Source of the DNA: an uncultured Acidimicrobiales bacterium | Lineage (GTDB): Bacteria; Actinomycetota; Acidimicrobiia; Acidimicrobiales; DATKAS01 | DNA: 64,000 nucleotides | Assembly: GCA_963847855.1 (NCBI GenBank) | Contig: CAWKBM010000002.1 | Span: 112,177 to 176,176, forward strand | Direction of reading: 5' to 3' | Shown here: positions 29,527 through 38,850 of the stretch, piece by piece | Position numbering within the stretch: position 1 is the stretch's first letter | Layout of the letters: every line of letters starts with the position of its first letter | Position numbers and translations under genes: made by a program | The notes under the pieces: model-generated | Seen by the model: only the letters and a program-made list of their open reading frames with translations | Databases searched by the model: none | Told to the model about the DNA's origin: nothing

Positions 29527-30354
29527 CCGACGTCGCGAGCGCACGGCACTCGAGCGCACGACGGTCACCACCCGACGAGGCATCACATGCGAGGTGCTCG
29601 TCGGCGCACCGGCATCGGGTCAGGCCGAGGGCTCGGTCGTGAGCTTCCACGGTGCGACCGGACCTCTCGGCGGTGAGCCGATGCTCGCGCGACCTCGCCG
29701 CGCGACTTCGCGCGTGTACGCGCCGATCTGGCCGGGCTACAGCGAGCAGGGCGGCGAGGAGAAGCTCGAGGACATGCTGGACTTCGCCCTGCACGGCGCC
29801 GACGTCGTCGAGGCGCTCGACTTGCATCGTCCTGCATCTCGTCGGGCACTCGATGGGCGGCATGATCGCCGCGGAGATGGCGGCCGTGGCACCCGAGCGC
29901 CTACGGCAGGCTCGCGCTGATCGCACCGCTCGGGCTGTGGCTCGACGACCACCCGATCCCCGACATCTACTCACTGCTGCCGTTCGAGTTCCCGCCGTTG
30001 CTGTTCCACGACGCGGCCGCCGGCACGGCGTTGATGGCGGGCGGGCTCGACTTCAACGACACCGAGGCGATCAAGACGTTCCTCATCGCGAACAGCCGTC
30101 GCCTGGGCACCGCGGGCAAGGTGCTCTTCCCGATCCCCAACCGTCGGCTGGCCAAGCGGCTCTACCGGATCACCAGCCCGACGCTGCTCGTGTGGGGTGA
30201 CGACGATCGATACGTGCCGAGCGCGTACGCAGACGCGTGGCAGGGTGCGATCGAGGGGGCGAGCCTCGAGGTCATCCCGGGCGCAGGGCACATGTCGCCG
30301 TACGAGCAGCCCGCGGACGTCGCAGCCGTGATCGGAAGGTTCTTCGGGGTGTGA
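29523..30354 (+). pseudogene. alpha/beta-fold hydrolase interrupted by about 5 frame breaks
   Basis: The GTG overlaps the LLM stop (GTGA). Fragments: SVVSFHGATGPLGGEPMLA / RVYAPIWPGYSEQGG..HGADVVEALDL / HLVGHSMGGMIAAEMAAVAPERL / LALIAPLGLW.. through to ..GAGHMSPYEQP, ending at 30354. Confidence 0.65.
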
Positions 30355-31910
30355 CGAAGGCCGAGCATCCGGTGGTCATCTCCGGCGGAGGGCTCGTCGG
30401 GCTCTCCACGGCGATGTTCCTCGCGCAGCACGGCGTGCCCTCGCTCGTGGTCGAGCGTCTGCGTGGCGCCTCACCGCTGCCTCGCGCGGCGCACTTCCAC
30501 CTCCGCACCATCGAGCTCTTCCGTGCTGCGGGGATCGAAGACGAGGTCAAGGTGCAGTCCGGGAAGGAGTTCCTCCCCGAAGGCGCCATCATCAGCATGG
30601 ACTCGCTCGCCGGTCAGAAGCTCGCCGACATCATCCCGGGCTTGAACGTCGGCGTCGACGACACGTTGAGCCCGTGCCGGCGCCTCTTCATCACGCAACG
30701 CGGACTCGAGCCGATCCTGCACGCGCGGGCGAGGGCTGTTGGGGCCGAGACGATCGAGGGGAGCGAGGTCGCCGGCTTCGTGCAGGACGCCGACGGCGTC
30801 ACGGTCACGATCGGCGATGTCGAGAGTGGCGAGCGTCGGGACGTCCGCGCGGAGTACCTCGTCGCAGCGGAAGGTGCGCACAGTGCCGTGCGGGAGTCGC
30901 TCGGCATCGCGTTCGAGGGCCGTGGGGTGTTCTCGAACAGCATGACGATCTACTTCACGGCTGATCTCGCCCCCCAGCTGCTCGGCAAGCCGCTGAGTGT
31001 GATCTACATCAGCAACGAGGTCCTCGGCGGCTTCTTCCGTGTCGACAAGGACTGCCAGTCCGGGTTCCTCGTCGTGAACACGCTCGGCGATCCGGCGACG
31101 GGCGTCGACGTCGCGGACGCCGCGCGAGACACGAGCGAGGAGCACCTCGTGCGGCTCGTGCGAGCGGCAGCCGGCGTGCCCGATCTCGACGTGCGGATCG
31201 ATGGCGTGGCCCGTTGGCGCGCGAGCTCGGATGTCGCGGCGCGCTACTCCGATGGCCGTGTATTCCTCGTGGGCGACGCGGCCCACGTGATGCCGCCGAA
31301 CGGAGGCTTCGGAGGGAACACCGGCATCCACGACGCGTACGACCTCGCCTGGAAGCTCGCGCTTGCAGTGAAGGGCGAGGCGGGGCCGGCTCTGCTTTCC
31401 ACCTATGGCGAGGAGCGTCGACCCGTGGGTCGGCTGACGGTCGAGCAGGCGTACACGCGGTACGTGACCCGAACTGCGACCTATCTCGGTGCGACCGACT
31501 TCCAGCCGCTGGTGGCGGACCTCGAGATCGAGCTCGGCTACGTCTACGGCGACCCGACGACGACCCACGCCGATCCTCGGGCCACGCTCGGCAGACCGGG
31601 GAGGCGCGCGCCGCACCTCTGGATCGAGAGAGACGGCCACCGCGTCTCGACGCTCGACTTGTTCGGGAAGTCGTTCGTCCTGCTCGCCGGCGCGGGCGGG
31701 GGCGAGTGGCTCAACGCCGCCTCGTCACTCGGACTGGCGCACCACCGGATCCTGGTGCCGGAGTTCGCCGAGACCTATGGCCTCGGAGCCGCTGGCGCGT
31801 CCCTAGTGCGGCCGGACGGGTTCGTGGCCTGGCGCTCGCCGGGGCCCGTGGACGACCCCACGGGCGTCGTGACGCAGGTCATGGCGAATGCCCGTAGACA
31901 AATACTCTGA
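30351..31910 (+). CDS. FAD-dependent aromatic-ring monooxygenase (PheA/TfdB-like)
   Basis: GTG 30351 overlaps the upstream stop (GTGA). VVISGGGLVGLSTAMFLA (GxGxxG) and GDAAHVMPPNGGFGGNTGIHDAYDLAWKL. Intact. Confidence 0.85.
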   Translation: MTKAEHPVVISGGGLVGLSTAMFLAQHGVPSLVVERLRGASPLPRAAHFHLRTIELFRAAGIEDEVKVQSGKEFLPEGAIISMDSLAGQKLADIIPGLNVGVDDTLSPCRRLFITQRGLEPILHARARAVGAETIEGSEVAGFVQDADGVTVTIGDVESGERRDVRAEYLVAAEGAHSAVRESLGIAFEGRGVFSNSMTIYFTADLAPQLLGKPLSVIYISNEVLGGFFRVDKDCQSGFLVVNTLGDPATGVDVADAARDTSEEHLVRLVRAAAGVPDLDVRIDGVARWRASSDVAARYSDGRVFLVGDAAHVMPPNGGFGGNTGIHDAYDLAWKLALAVKGEAGPALLSTYGEERRPVGRLTVEQAYTRYVTRTATYLGATDFQPLVADLEIELGYVYGDPTTTHADPRATLGRPGRRAPHLWIERDGHRVSTLDLFGKSFVLLAGAGGGEWLNAASSLGLAHHRILVPEFAETYGLGAAGASLVRPDGFVAWRSPGPVDDPTGVVTQVMANARRQIL

Positions 31911-31917
31911 TTCGTAT
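31902..31917. promoter_or_regulatory. candidate PadR operator: ATAC-N8-GTAT inverted repeat
   Basis: ATACTCTGATTCGTAT sits in a locally AT-rich stretch 13 nt upstream of the padR ATG and overlaps the monooxygenase stop codon. The 4-bp arms are weak evidence on their own. Confidence 0.3.
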
Positions 31918-31929
31918 ATCATCGCCCGT

Positions 31930-32526
31930 ATGTCCGGACGGGGAAGATCCAACCCTTTGGCGTTGGCGGTCCTGTCGTGCCTCTATGAGCAGCCGATGCA
32001 CCCCTACGAGGTGTCGCAGACCCTGCGATACCGCGCCAAGGACGAGAGCATTCGGCTGAACTTCGGATCCCTGTACAGCGTCGTCGAATCCCTCGAGAAG
32101 CGTGGCTTCATCGTGGCGAGAGAGACGGTGAGAGAGGGCAAACGGCCGGAGCGCACGATCTACGCGATCACCGACACGGGCAAGCGCGAGCTCATCGACT
32201 GGCTCTCGGAGCTGGTCTCCACGCCCGTGAAGGAGTACCTCAGCTTCGAGGCCGCCCTGTCGCTGATCGCCGGCCTCCCGCCTGAGGATGCGACGAGGCT
32301 TCTCGTCGATCGTTGCTCGGCGCTCGAGGTGCGGCTCGCGCAGTCACGAGCGACTCGGGCAAGTGGCGACACGATGGGCCTTCCGCGGCTCTTCATGCTC
32401 GAGGACGAGTACCGCGAGCGGCTGATGGAGGCCGAGCTCGGGTTCGTGCAGGAGCTCGTGAAGGACATCGAAGGCCGCTCGCTCGAAGGCATCGAGCAGT
32501 GGGTGGGCTTCCACCAGACCAGCTGA
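31930..32526 (+). CDS. PadR-family transcriptional regulator
   Basis: NPLALAVLSCLYEQPMHPYEVSQTLR..GSLYSVVESLEKRGFI..RTIYAITDTGKREL, with a C-terminal dimerisation helix. Confidence 0.85.
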   Translation: MSGRGRSNPLALAVLSCLYEQPMHPYEVSQTLRYRAKDESIRLNFGSLYSVVESLEKRGFIVARETVREGKRPERTIYAITDTGKRELIDWLSELVSTPVKEYLSFEAALSLIAGLPPEDATRLLVDRCSALEVRLAQSRATRASGDTMGLPRLFMLEDEYRERLMEAELGFVQELVKDIEGRSLEGIEQWVGFHQTS

Positions 32527-32572
32527 TCGGACGCCGCCGTCGCGGCGGACCACGTGCAGACAGGAGAGACAC

Positions 32573-33518
32573 ATGAGACCGATTGTTGAAGCGCGCGCGC
32601 TCACGAAGCGGTTCGGGAAGATCGAGGCGTTGGCCGGGCTTGACCTCGTCGTCGAGCCCGGCCAGGTGGTCGCGCTGCTCGGGCCGAACGGAGCGGGCAA
32701 GACCACGTTCGTGCGAGCAGTTTCGACCTTGCTGCGCCCTGACGGGGGCACCCTTCGGGTCGGGGGCTACGACGTCCTGACCCAGTCGTCCTCTGTGCGT
32801 CAGCTCATCGGGCTCGCCGGTCAGTACGCCGCGGTCGAGGGCGCGATGACAGGACTCGAGAACCTCGAGATGGTCGGCCGGCTCTACGGGCAGACGCGCC
32901 GTGAAGCGAGGGCGAACGCGATGGCGACGCTTCAGAGCCTCGGACTCGCCGAGGCAGGGGCACGACTCGTACGCACCTACTCCGGCGGCATGCGCCGCAA
33001 GCTCGATCTCGGGGCCAGCCTCGTGGGAGCACCCCGGCTGTTGCTGCTCGACGAGCCGACGACGGGCCTCGACCCAGGAAGCCGGATCGACCTTTGGGAG
33101 GCGATCCGTGGGCTCGTCGAGCGCGGCACCGACGTGCTGCTCACCACGCAGTACCTCGATGAGGCCGACCAGCTCGCCAACCGGATCGTGATCATCGACC
33201 ATGGGACGGTCATCGCCGACGGCACCCCGAACGAGCTCAAGTCGCTCGCCGGGCGTGACGTCGTCGAGGTGCAGCTGCGCGACGCTGCCGGTCTCGAGGA
33301 TGTCGCCGACGCTGCTCCGCTCAGTCGGCGTCGACGAGCCCACTGTCGATGTCGCGACCCGCCGGGTGTCCGTCAGCGTCGCCGGCGGCACCGAACCGCT
33401 CTTGGCCGCGGCTCGCATCCTCGACGAGCGCGGGCACGTCGTCGACAACCTCGCGCTTCGCCGTCCGACGCTCGACGAGGTCTTTCTTTCCCTGACCGGC
33501 AGCGGCGTGGCCGCCTGA
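32573..33518 (+). CDS. DrrA-like ABC transporter ATP-binding protein; one +1 frame break near 33300
   Basis: Walker A GPNGAGKTT, signature YSGGMRRKLDLG, Walker B LLLLDEPTTGLD. The C-terminal 70 aa (..VDVATRRVSVSVAGGTEPLLAAARILDERGHVVDNLALRRPTLDEVFLSLTG) are in the 33201 frame. Confidence 0.8.
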
Positions 33519-33532
33519 TCCGAGGAGCACTC

Positions 33533-34363
33533 ATGACCGCAACGCTCATTCCGACCCAGTCCTCGACGATGTCGAGGACCAACCCCGGTGCCTCATGGAC
33601 GGCGAGCACCCTGGCGATCGCGAACCGCACGATCCGCAAGTTCATGCGGACGCCGCAGCTCGTGGTCGTCGGGACGATCCAGGGCGCGATGTTCCTCCTC
33701 ATCTTCCGGTACGTGTTCGGCGGCGCCATCGATGGGGGCGCCGTACCGTACGTCGACTTTCTGGTCCCGGGCTTCATCACGACGACCGTGCTCTTCGCCG
33801 GCACTTCGGTGTCCGCGGGCGTCGCCGAGGACGTGGAGCAAGGCTTCCTCGACCGCCTACGCAGCCTGCCCATCCCGCGGGGGTCGGTGCTCGCCGGGCG
33901 AGCGCTCGGTGAGACGGTGCTCCTCGCGTGGATGCTCGCGGTCACGACCGCCATCGGGTTCGCGGTCGGCTTCCGGCTGCACGGCTCCATCGGTGAAGCA
34001 CTCGCTGCGTTCGGGCTGTGCATGCTGTTCGGCTTCGCGTTCAGCTGGCTGTTCGTCCTCCTCGGGCTTGTCGCCGGCAACGCGCAAGCCGCGCAGGGCA
34101 TGTCCTTGCTCGTCTTTCCTCTGGTGTTCGTCTCGAGCGCGTACGTCCGTACCGACACGATGCCCGGCTGGATGAGCTGGGTCGCTGAGCATCAGCCGAT
34201 CACCGCGATGGTCGACGCCGTCCGGGCGCTGACGCTCGGGGATCGGTCGGCCGAGGTGCTCGGCCACGGTCCTGGTCACTACGTCCTGCCGGCGCTCGTG
34301 TGGTCGGTGGTCCTCGTGGCGGCCTTCGCCCCGATCGCGATTGCCCGTTCCCGGCGTGCGTGA
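33533..34363 (+). CDS. ABC-2 type transporter permease
   Basis: 276 aa from ATG 33533 with six predicted hydrophobic helices (..RTPQLVVVGTIQGAMFLLIFRYVFGG..). The 596-aa ORF-track fusion with the ATPase is a read-through artefact of the frame break. Confidence 0.8.
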   Translation: MTATLIPTQSSTMSRTNPGASWTASTLAIANRTIRKFMRTPQLVVVGTIQGAMFLLIFRYVFGGAIDGGAVPYVDFLVPGFITTTVLFAGTSVSAGVAEDVEQGFLDRLRSLPIPRGSVLAGRALGETVLLAWMLAVTTAIGFAVGFRLHGSIGEALAAFGLCMLFGFAFSWLFVLLGLVAGNAQAAQGMSLLVFPLVFVSSAYVRTDTMPGWMSWVAEHQPITAMVDAVRALTLGDRSAEVLGHGPGHYVLPALVWSVVLVAAFAPIAIARSRRA

Positions 34364-34473
34364 TTGTCCACAGGGCTGACCTGCAGGTATCAGAGGATCA
34401 CCAAAGGTCGCGAAAAGACCCACTACCGTCGCCCGCTTGATCGACATCCTGATGGCGGTCCGGGCGGCAACAC

Positions 34474-34966
34474 GTGGGGGCCGCTTTGGACCACCAGACA
34501 CTTCAACCTGAGTTCTCGGACGCGATGGCGTCGGCTTTGGCCGGCGCTCGCTCCGTACGAGTCCAAGGTTGGATGGCCGAGGAGTGCGAGGCAGCGGCGC
34601 TCGAGCGCCTGGCTCGCCACTGGCCTCGAGTGCACCGAGATCCCTCGAAGGCGTACGCCGTCGGCAGGGGTGCGGCGCTCGACGAGCTGCGCCGGCTGAC
34701 TGGGTGGCGGCGACGGACGCGGATGTCCCTCGTGCCGCTCGCTCCCGACGACATCGACCAGCCGGAGATCGAACCTGGTTTCGAGCTCGTCGATGCCGCC
34801 GACGAGCTGTCCCGCAAGCTCCAAAGGCTGCGGCCGCGTGATCAGGAGATCACGTTGCGACTCGCGTCCGGGTGCACCGGGTCGAGAGGTCGCGGCCGGT
34901 CTCGGCGTCTCGCCGTCGATCGTGTCGGTTGCTCTGCGCAGGATCAGCGCGCGCTTCGGCCGCTGA
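34474..34966 (+). CDS. small sigma-70 region-4/HTH-like protein; frame break near 34870
   Basis: ..ELSRKLQRLRPRDQEITLRLASG continues in the next frame as REVAAGLGVSPSIVSVALRRISARFGR*. Codon usage is less GC3-biased than in neighbouring genes. The start is uncertain. Confidence 0.4.
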
Positions 34967-36342
34967 CCTCCGCGTCCCATGCGTCTCCGGCCTCGTCGAG
35001 GAGAGCGGTGACGTCGCGGGGGAGGAGCACACCGGTCGCTTCCGCCACGCGGGCGGCCTCCTCGAATCGAGCGAGGAACGTCGCGCGGTCGCCGTAGCGC
35101 TCGATCGAGCGCGTCGCGGCCGAAGGGGTGCGACGACCCGCCGAGCATGCTGTACACGTCAGGAGCGAGCGGGATCGCACTGTTCGTCGCAATCGGTGCC
35201 ACGACCTGAGGGAGCCGGATCCCTCCTTGGGCGATGCCGTCGGCGTCGCGCACGACTTGCGCGGGATCGCCCGCGAACTCGATCTTCGGCTGCGATGGCG
35301 GAGGGGGTCCGCCGTTGATCCACTCGTGCATGTGGCGCATGCCGGCGTCGAACAGCGGGACCATCGGGATGCGGTTGATGCCCGTGGCAACCTGCATCGG
35401 CGCTCCGAAGTCACGCTCGTACTTCGGCGACCGAGCCGCTTGACCCTGTGCGGAGACGTGGCACGTGCCCGCGGACTCCCACCAGCAGAAGCGGTCGGTG
35501 TCCGGCTGGCGCACTGGGTAGCACACGATCGCCTCGAGCTCGGAGTTCACGATCATCACCGGCACGTCGAGGTCGTCACGGATGAGGTTGCTTCCGCGGA
35601 GCCGCATGCGGTTGTTGCTTCCGCTCGCGAGCTGCGGGTCGTTGAGGTTCAAGACGTAGTCGCCGACCTCCAAGGGGGAGCCTGCACCGAAGTAGATCTG
35701 CAGCAGGTAGCCGTCGAACGCGTGCGACAGCGGATGGATGGCGTTCACGTAGGTGCCGAGCCGTGCGGCGGACTGTGACGCGCCGAGTGCGACGAGATGA
35801 CGGACATCGAGGCCACCCATCGGATCGACGCCATCGCGAGGCCGGTCGGGTGCCACCGCTCGTGCAGCCTGAGTGAAGATGTCGAACGAGTAGTCGTCGC
35901 TCGGGATCGACAGCGACCCGTAGCGTTCCTTGTCCCAGTCGACGAGACCGAGGTTCATCGGCGCGATGCCGTGCACCCCAACACGTTGGGGAGTGACGCC
36001 GACGAACGCATAGCCGCCTTCGAGGATCTCGCGGCTGTCGCCACCGAAGAGATCGTGTCCCGCGCTGACGTTGTTCCACGACACGATGACGGTGCCGTTG
36101 AACCGAGCGGGATCGGCCGGCCGGTAGACCACGAAGCGGGTCTTGAACGGCATCGACTCGCAGGGCTCGACGTCCCACTTCCCGTCGCGCCCCAGCGGGG
36201 TGCCCGACTTCTCGCGGAAGCGTGTGGCGCTCCCTTCGAGGAAGAACTCGTCCGAGGCATAGCCGATCGCTGCGAAGTCGATCGTCGGCCCGCCGAACGC
36301 CCACCCGCGCTCGCCGCCTGTGACTGGTCCGGTGACGCCCAT
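34944..36342 (-). CDS. conserved hypothetical protein, probable alpha/beta hydrolase-like; one extra base near 35110
   Basis: ATG 36342 (MGVTGPVTGGERGW..), with a candidate nucleophile elbow in LVALGASQSAARLG. The C-terminus ALIERYGDRATFLARFEEAARVAEATGVLL.. is in ORF 34944-35414. Confidence 0.55.
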
Positions 36343-36380
36343 CGGCTTCCCCCTGTCTCTCGGTGCGTACCGTTGCACAA

Positions 36381-37454
36381 ATGACCGGCCAGAGCAGTGG
36401 GGGGATCTCGCGCCGAGGGCTGCTGGCCGCCGGCGCGGTGGCGGCCGTCGTGCCCCGGCTTCGCCTCCCCGAGCTGGTCGTTCCGCGCGAGCCGGTCGCG
36501 GTGGCGCCCGGACTCGCGATCTGGCCACGCGACTCGTGGGCACCGGCGCCGCCTACGGGACCGCTCGCCGAGGAGGACGTGCGTTTCCTCCTCGTCCACC
36601 ACACCGCGGCCAACACCGAGCATCGGGGCGACGAGGTGCCCGGCTTGCTTGCCGCGATGTACCAGTTCCACACCGGAGAGAAGGGGTGGCACGACATCGC
36701 GTACAACTTCCTCGTCGATCGAGAAGGCGGCGTGTGGGAAGGACGAGCCGGCAGCCTCGCCGGCCCCGTCGCCGCAGACGCGACAGGTGGAAGTCAGGGG
36801 TTCGATCAGCTCGTGTGCTTCATTGGTGACTTCACGGCCGTGACGCCGACTGCCGCGGCACTGGAGGCCGGAACCCGCACGCTCGCGTGGCTCGCCGGCC
36901 GCTATCGCATCGACACGTCTGCGGGGGCGAAGGTGACGTTCGTGTCCCGAGGATCGAACAAGTGGCCCGCCGGAGCGCGTGTCACGACCGCGACTGTGGC
37001 GGGTCATCGCGAGATGTCGACGACCGCGTGCCCGGGCAATGCGTTCTATCCCTATGTCCGCGACCAGATGCAGGGCGCCGTGCAGGAGCTGCGCGGCGGC
37101 GCCGCGCCGGCGACCGTTGCTGCGACGACGACGACCGCCGCGACAACGGCGCCGACGACGACCGCAGTTGCGACGACTCCTGCGCCGACCACGACGACCG
37201 CGCCGACCACGACGGCCGCGCCGACCACGACGGCCGCGCCGACGACGACGGCCGCGCCGACGACGACGGCCGCGCCGACCACGACGACCGCCGCACCGAC
37301 GACGGTCGCGCCGAGGGCTGCCGGCGACGCCGCTGCTCCCGCGGGCGGGGGCGGGAGTGGATTGCCGGTCGTGCCGATCGGCGCAGCTGCCGTAGTTGGG
37401 GCCGGCGCCGCGCTGGTGTGGCTGCGACAGCGAGTGCTGTCTGAGAAAGACTGA
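36381..37454 (+). CDS. Tat-signal N-acetylmuramoyl-L-alanine amidase (Amidase_2/PGRP type) with Thr/Ala-rich linker and C-terminal TM anchor
   Basis: SRRGLLAAGA twin-arginine motif; FLLVHHTA..WHDIAYNFLVDREGGVWEGR..GHREMSTTACPG; an (APTTTA)n linker; C-terminal LPVVPIGAAAVVGAGAALVWL. Confidence 0.8.
   Translation: MTGQSSGGISRRGLLAAGAVAAVVPRLRLPELVVPREPVAVAPGLAIWPRDSWAPAPPTGPLAEEDVRFLLVHHTAANTEHRGDEVPGLLAAMYQFHTGEKGWHDIAYNFLVDREGGVWEGRAGSLAGPVAADATGGSQGFDQLVCFIGDFTAVTPTAAALEAGTRTLAWLAGRYRIDTSAGAKVTFVSRGSNKWPAGARVTTATVAGHREMSTTACPGNAFYPYVRDQMQGAVQELRGGAAPATVAATTTTAATTAPTTTAVATTPAPTTTTAPTTTAAPTTTAAPTTTAAPTTTAAPTTTTAAPTTVAPRAAGDAAAPAGGGGSGLPVVPIGAAAVVGAGAALVWLRQRVLSEKD
37182..37307 (+). repeat. 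about 7 copies of an 18-bp tandem repeat (GCGCCGACSACGACGRCC) encoding APTTTA
   Basis: Read directly: successive 18-mers at 37182, 37200, 37218, 37236, 37254, 37272 and 37290, with 0-4 mismatches. Confidence 0.85.
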
Positions 37455-37504
37455 GAAATATTGAAAGGGGTGTTGATTTGCGAACAGGTGTTCGGTAGTG
37501 TGGA

Positions 37505-38850
37505 GTGATGCGGGAGTCGGGGCGGGCGAGGGAGCTGGAGGCGCGGGTCGGGGTGCTGCTCGCTCAGCAGCACGCGTTGGGCGCCGAGATCGTCGAGTGT
37601 CTGGCTGAGCTCGACGAGCTGGATGGCTGGCAGGGTGAGGGGTATCGGTCGTTGGCGCACTGGCTGTCGGTGCGGGGCAAGGTGACGTTGGCCGAGGGCC
37701 GCTCGTTTCAGACCGCGGCGTTACGGCTCGGCAATGTCGGGTCGATCCACGCCGATGCGCTCGCCGGGAAGCTGTCGGTGGGGGTGTTGGCGATGGCGGC
37801 GCGGGTCGCGACACCCGACAACGAGGCGCTCGTCGCGCAGGTCGTGCGGGACACGGTCCCGACCCAGGCGGCGCGGATCTTCGCGAAGTACCGCGAATGC
37901 CGGAAGCCCGATGAGCCCGAGCTGGGACCTGATCCGGATGTTGACTTCTGGGAGAAGCATTGGGTCGACGACCTCGGCCGTGACCGTTACGACCTGGCGC
38001 TCGACGCGGTCACGGGCGCGCTGTTCGGGCAGGCGTGGGCGGCGGCGCGTGCGGCCGGCGAGAAGGATCTCGACCCGACCGACATGCGAGCAGCGCCGCC
38101 GGTTGAACGCGAACGAGATCGCGGCGCGGTTCGCGCAGGCGATGCTCGACGCCGCGGCCGGGGCGGGTCTGCGCGATCGGGGCGACGAGCGCTTCTGTGT
38201 GCAAGTCTGCGTCGACCTGGCGACGCTGGCCCGGGTGCTCGGCTACGACCTCGACGTGGGATCACCGGTCGGGCTGGGCACCCACTGCTTCATCCCGACC
38301 ACCGGGCAGCGGCTCACCGACGGCGAGCTGGCCCGCATCATGTGCGGGGCGAGCGTGCAGATGCTGATCCACCAAGACGGGGTGCCGCTGTGGCTCGGCG
38401 GCGAAGTCCGATCCGCGAGCCGGCATCAGCGTCGAGCGTTGCGGTTCCGTGCCGGAGTGACCGGCTGCGAGTTCCCCGGATGCACCCAGACCCGCTACGT
38501 CGACGCGCACCATGTCCGCTTCTACCGACATGGTGGCCCCACCGACCTCGACAACCTCGTGCTGCTGTGCGGCTACCACCACCGCCAGATCCACGATCAC
38601 GGCTGGACCATCACCACGAGCGGCGATCAGGCCTTCACGTTCTGGCGAGGCGAACGCTGCCTCGGCACCACCACCCGAGGCGACACCACCGACGGGCGAC
38701 CACCCGACCTCGCCGCACTCCCGCTCATCGAACAGCTCCCCGACCCGCCGCGTGGCATCGGTCCCGACACCGCCACGCGCGACCAGCGGCGGCGAACGAC
38801 TCACCACCTACGCACTCAGCGTCTACCTCGAACACCTACTCGCGGCGTGA
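37505..38850 (+). CDS. DUF222 / HNH endonuclease protein (REP13E12-like); two +1 frame breaks (~38085, ~38790)
   Basis: DUF222-like N-terminus (..LDELDGWQGEGYRSLAHWLS..). HNH core CEFPGCTQTRYVDAHHVRFYRHGGPTDLDNLVLLCGYHHRQIH in the 37734 frame. The last ~20 aa are in the 38512 frame. Confidence 0.75.

Noticed and set aside
32573-34363. 596-aa apparent ABC ATPase-permease fusion protein
   Set aside because: The middle ~75 aa (..PLSRRRRAHCRCRDPPGVRQRRRRH..) are out-of-frame junk. The authentic ATPase C-terminus is in the 33201 frame, ending at 33518, and the permease has its own ATG at 33533.
35955-37814. 619-aa minus-strand ORF, extremely Arg/Pro/Gly-rich
   Set aside because: It is antisense to the well-supported amidase and hydrolase-like genes and has a low-complexity RRRGRRG composition. 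This is a typical high-GC shadow ORF.
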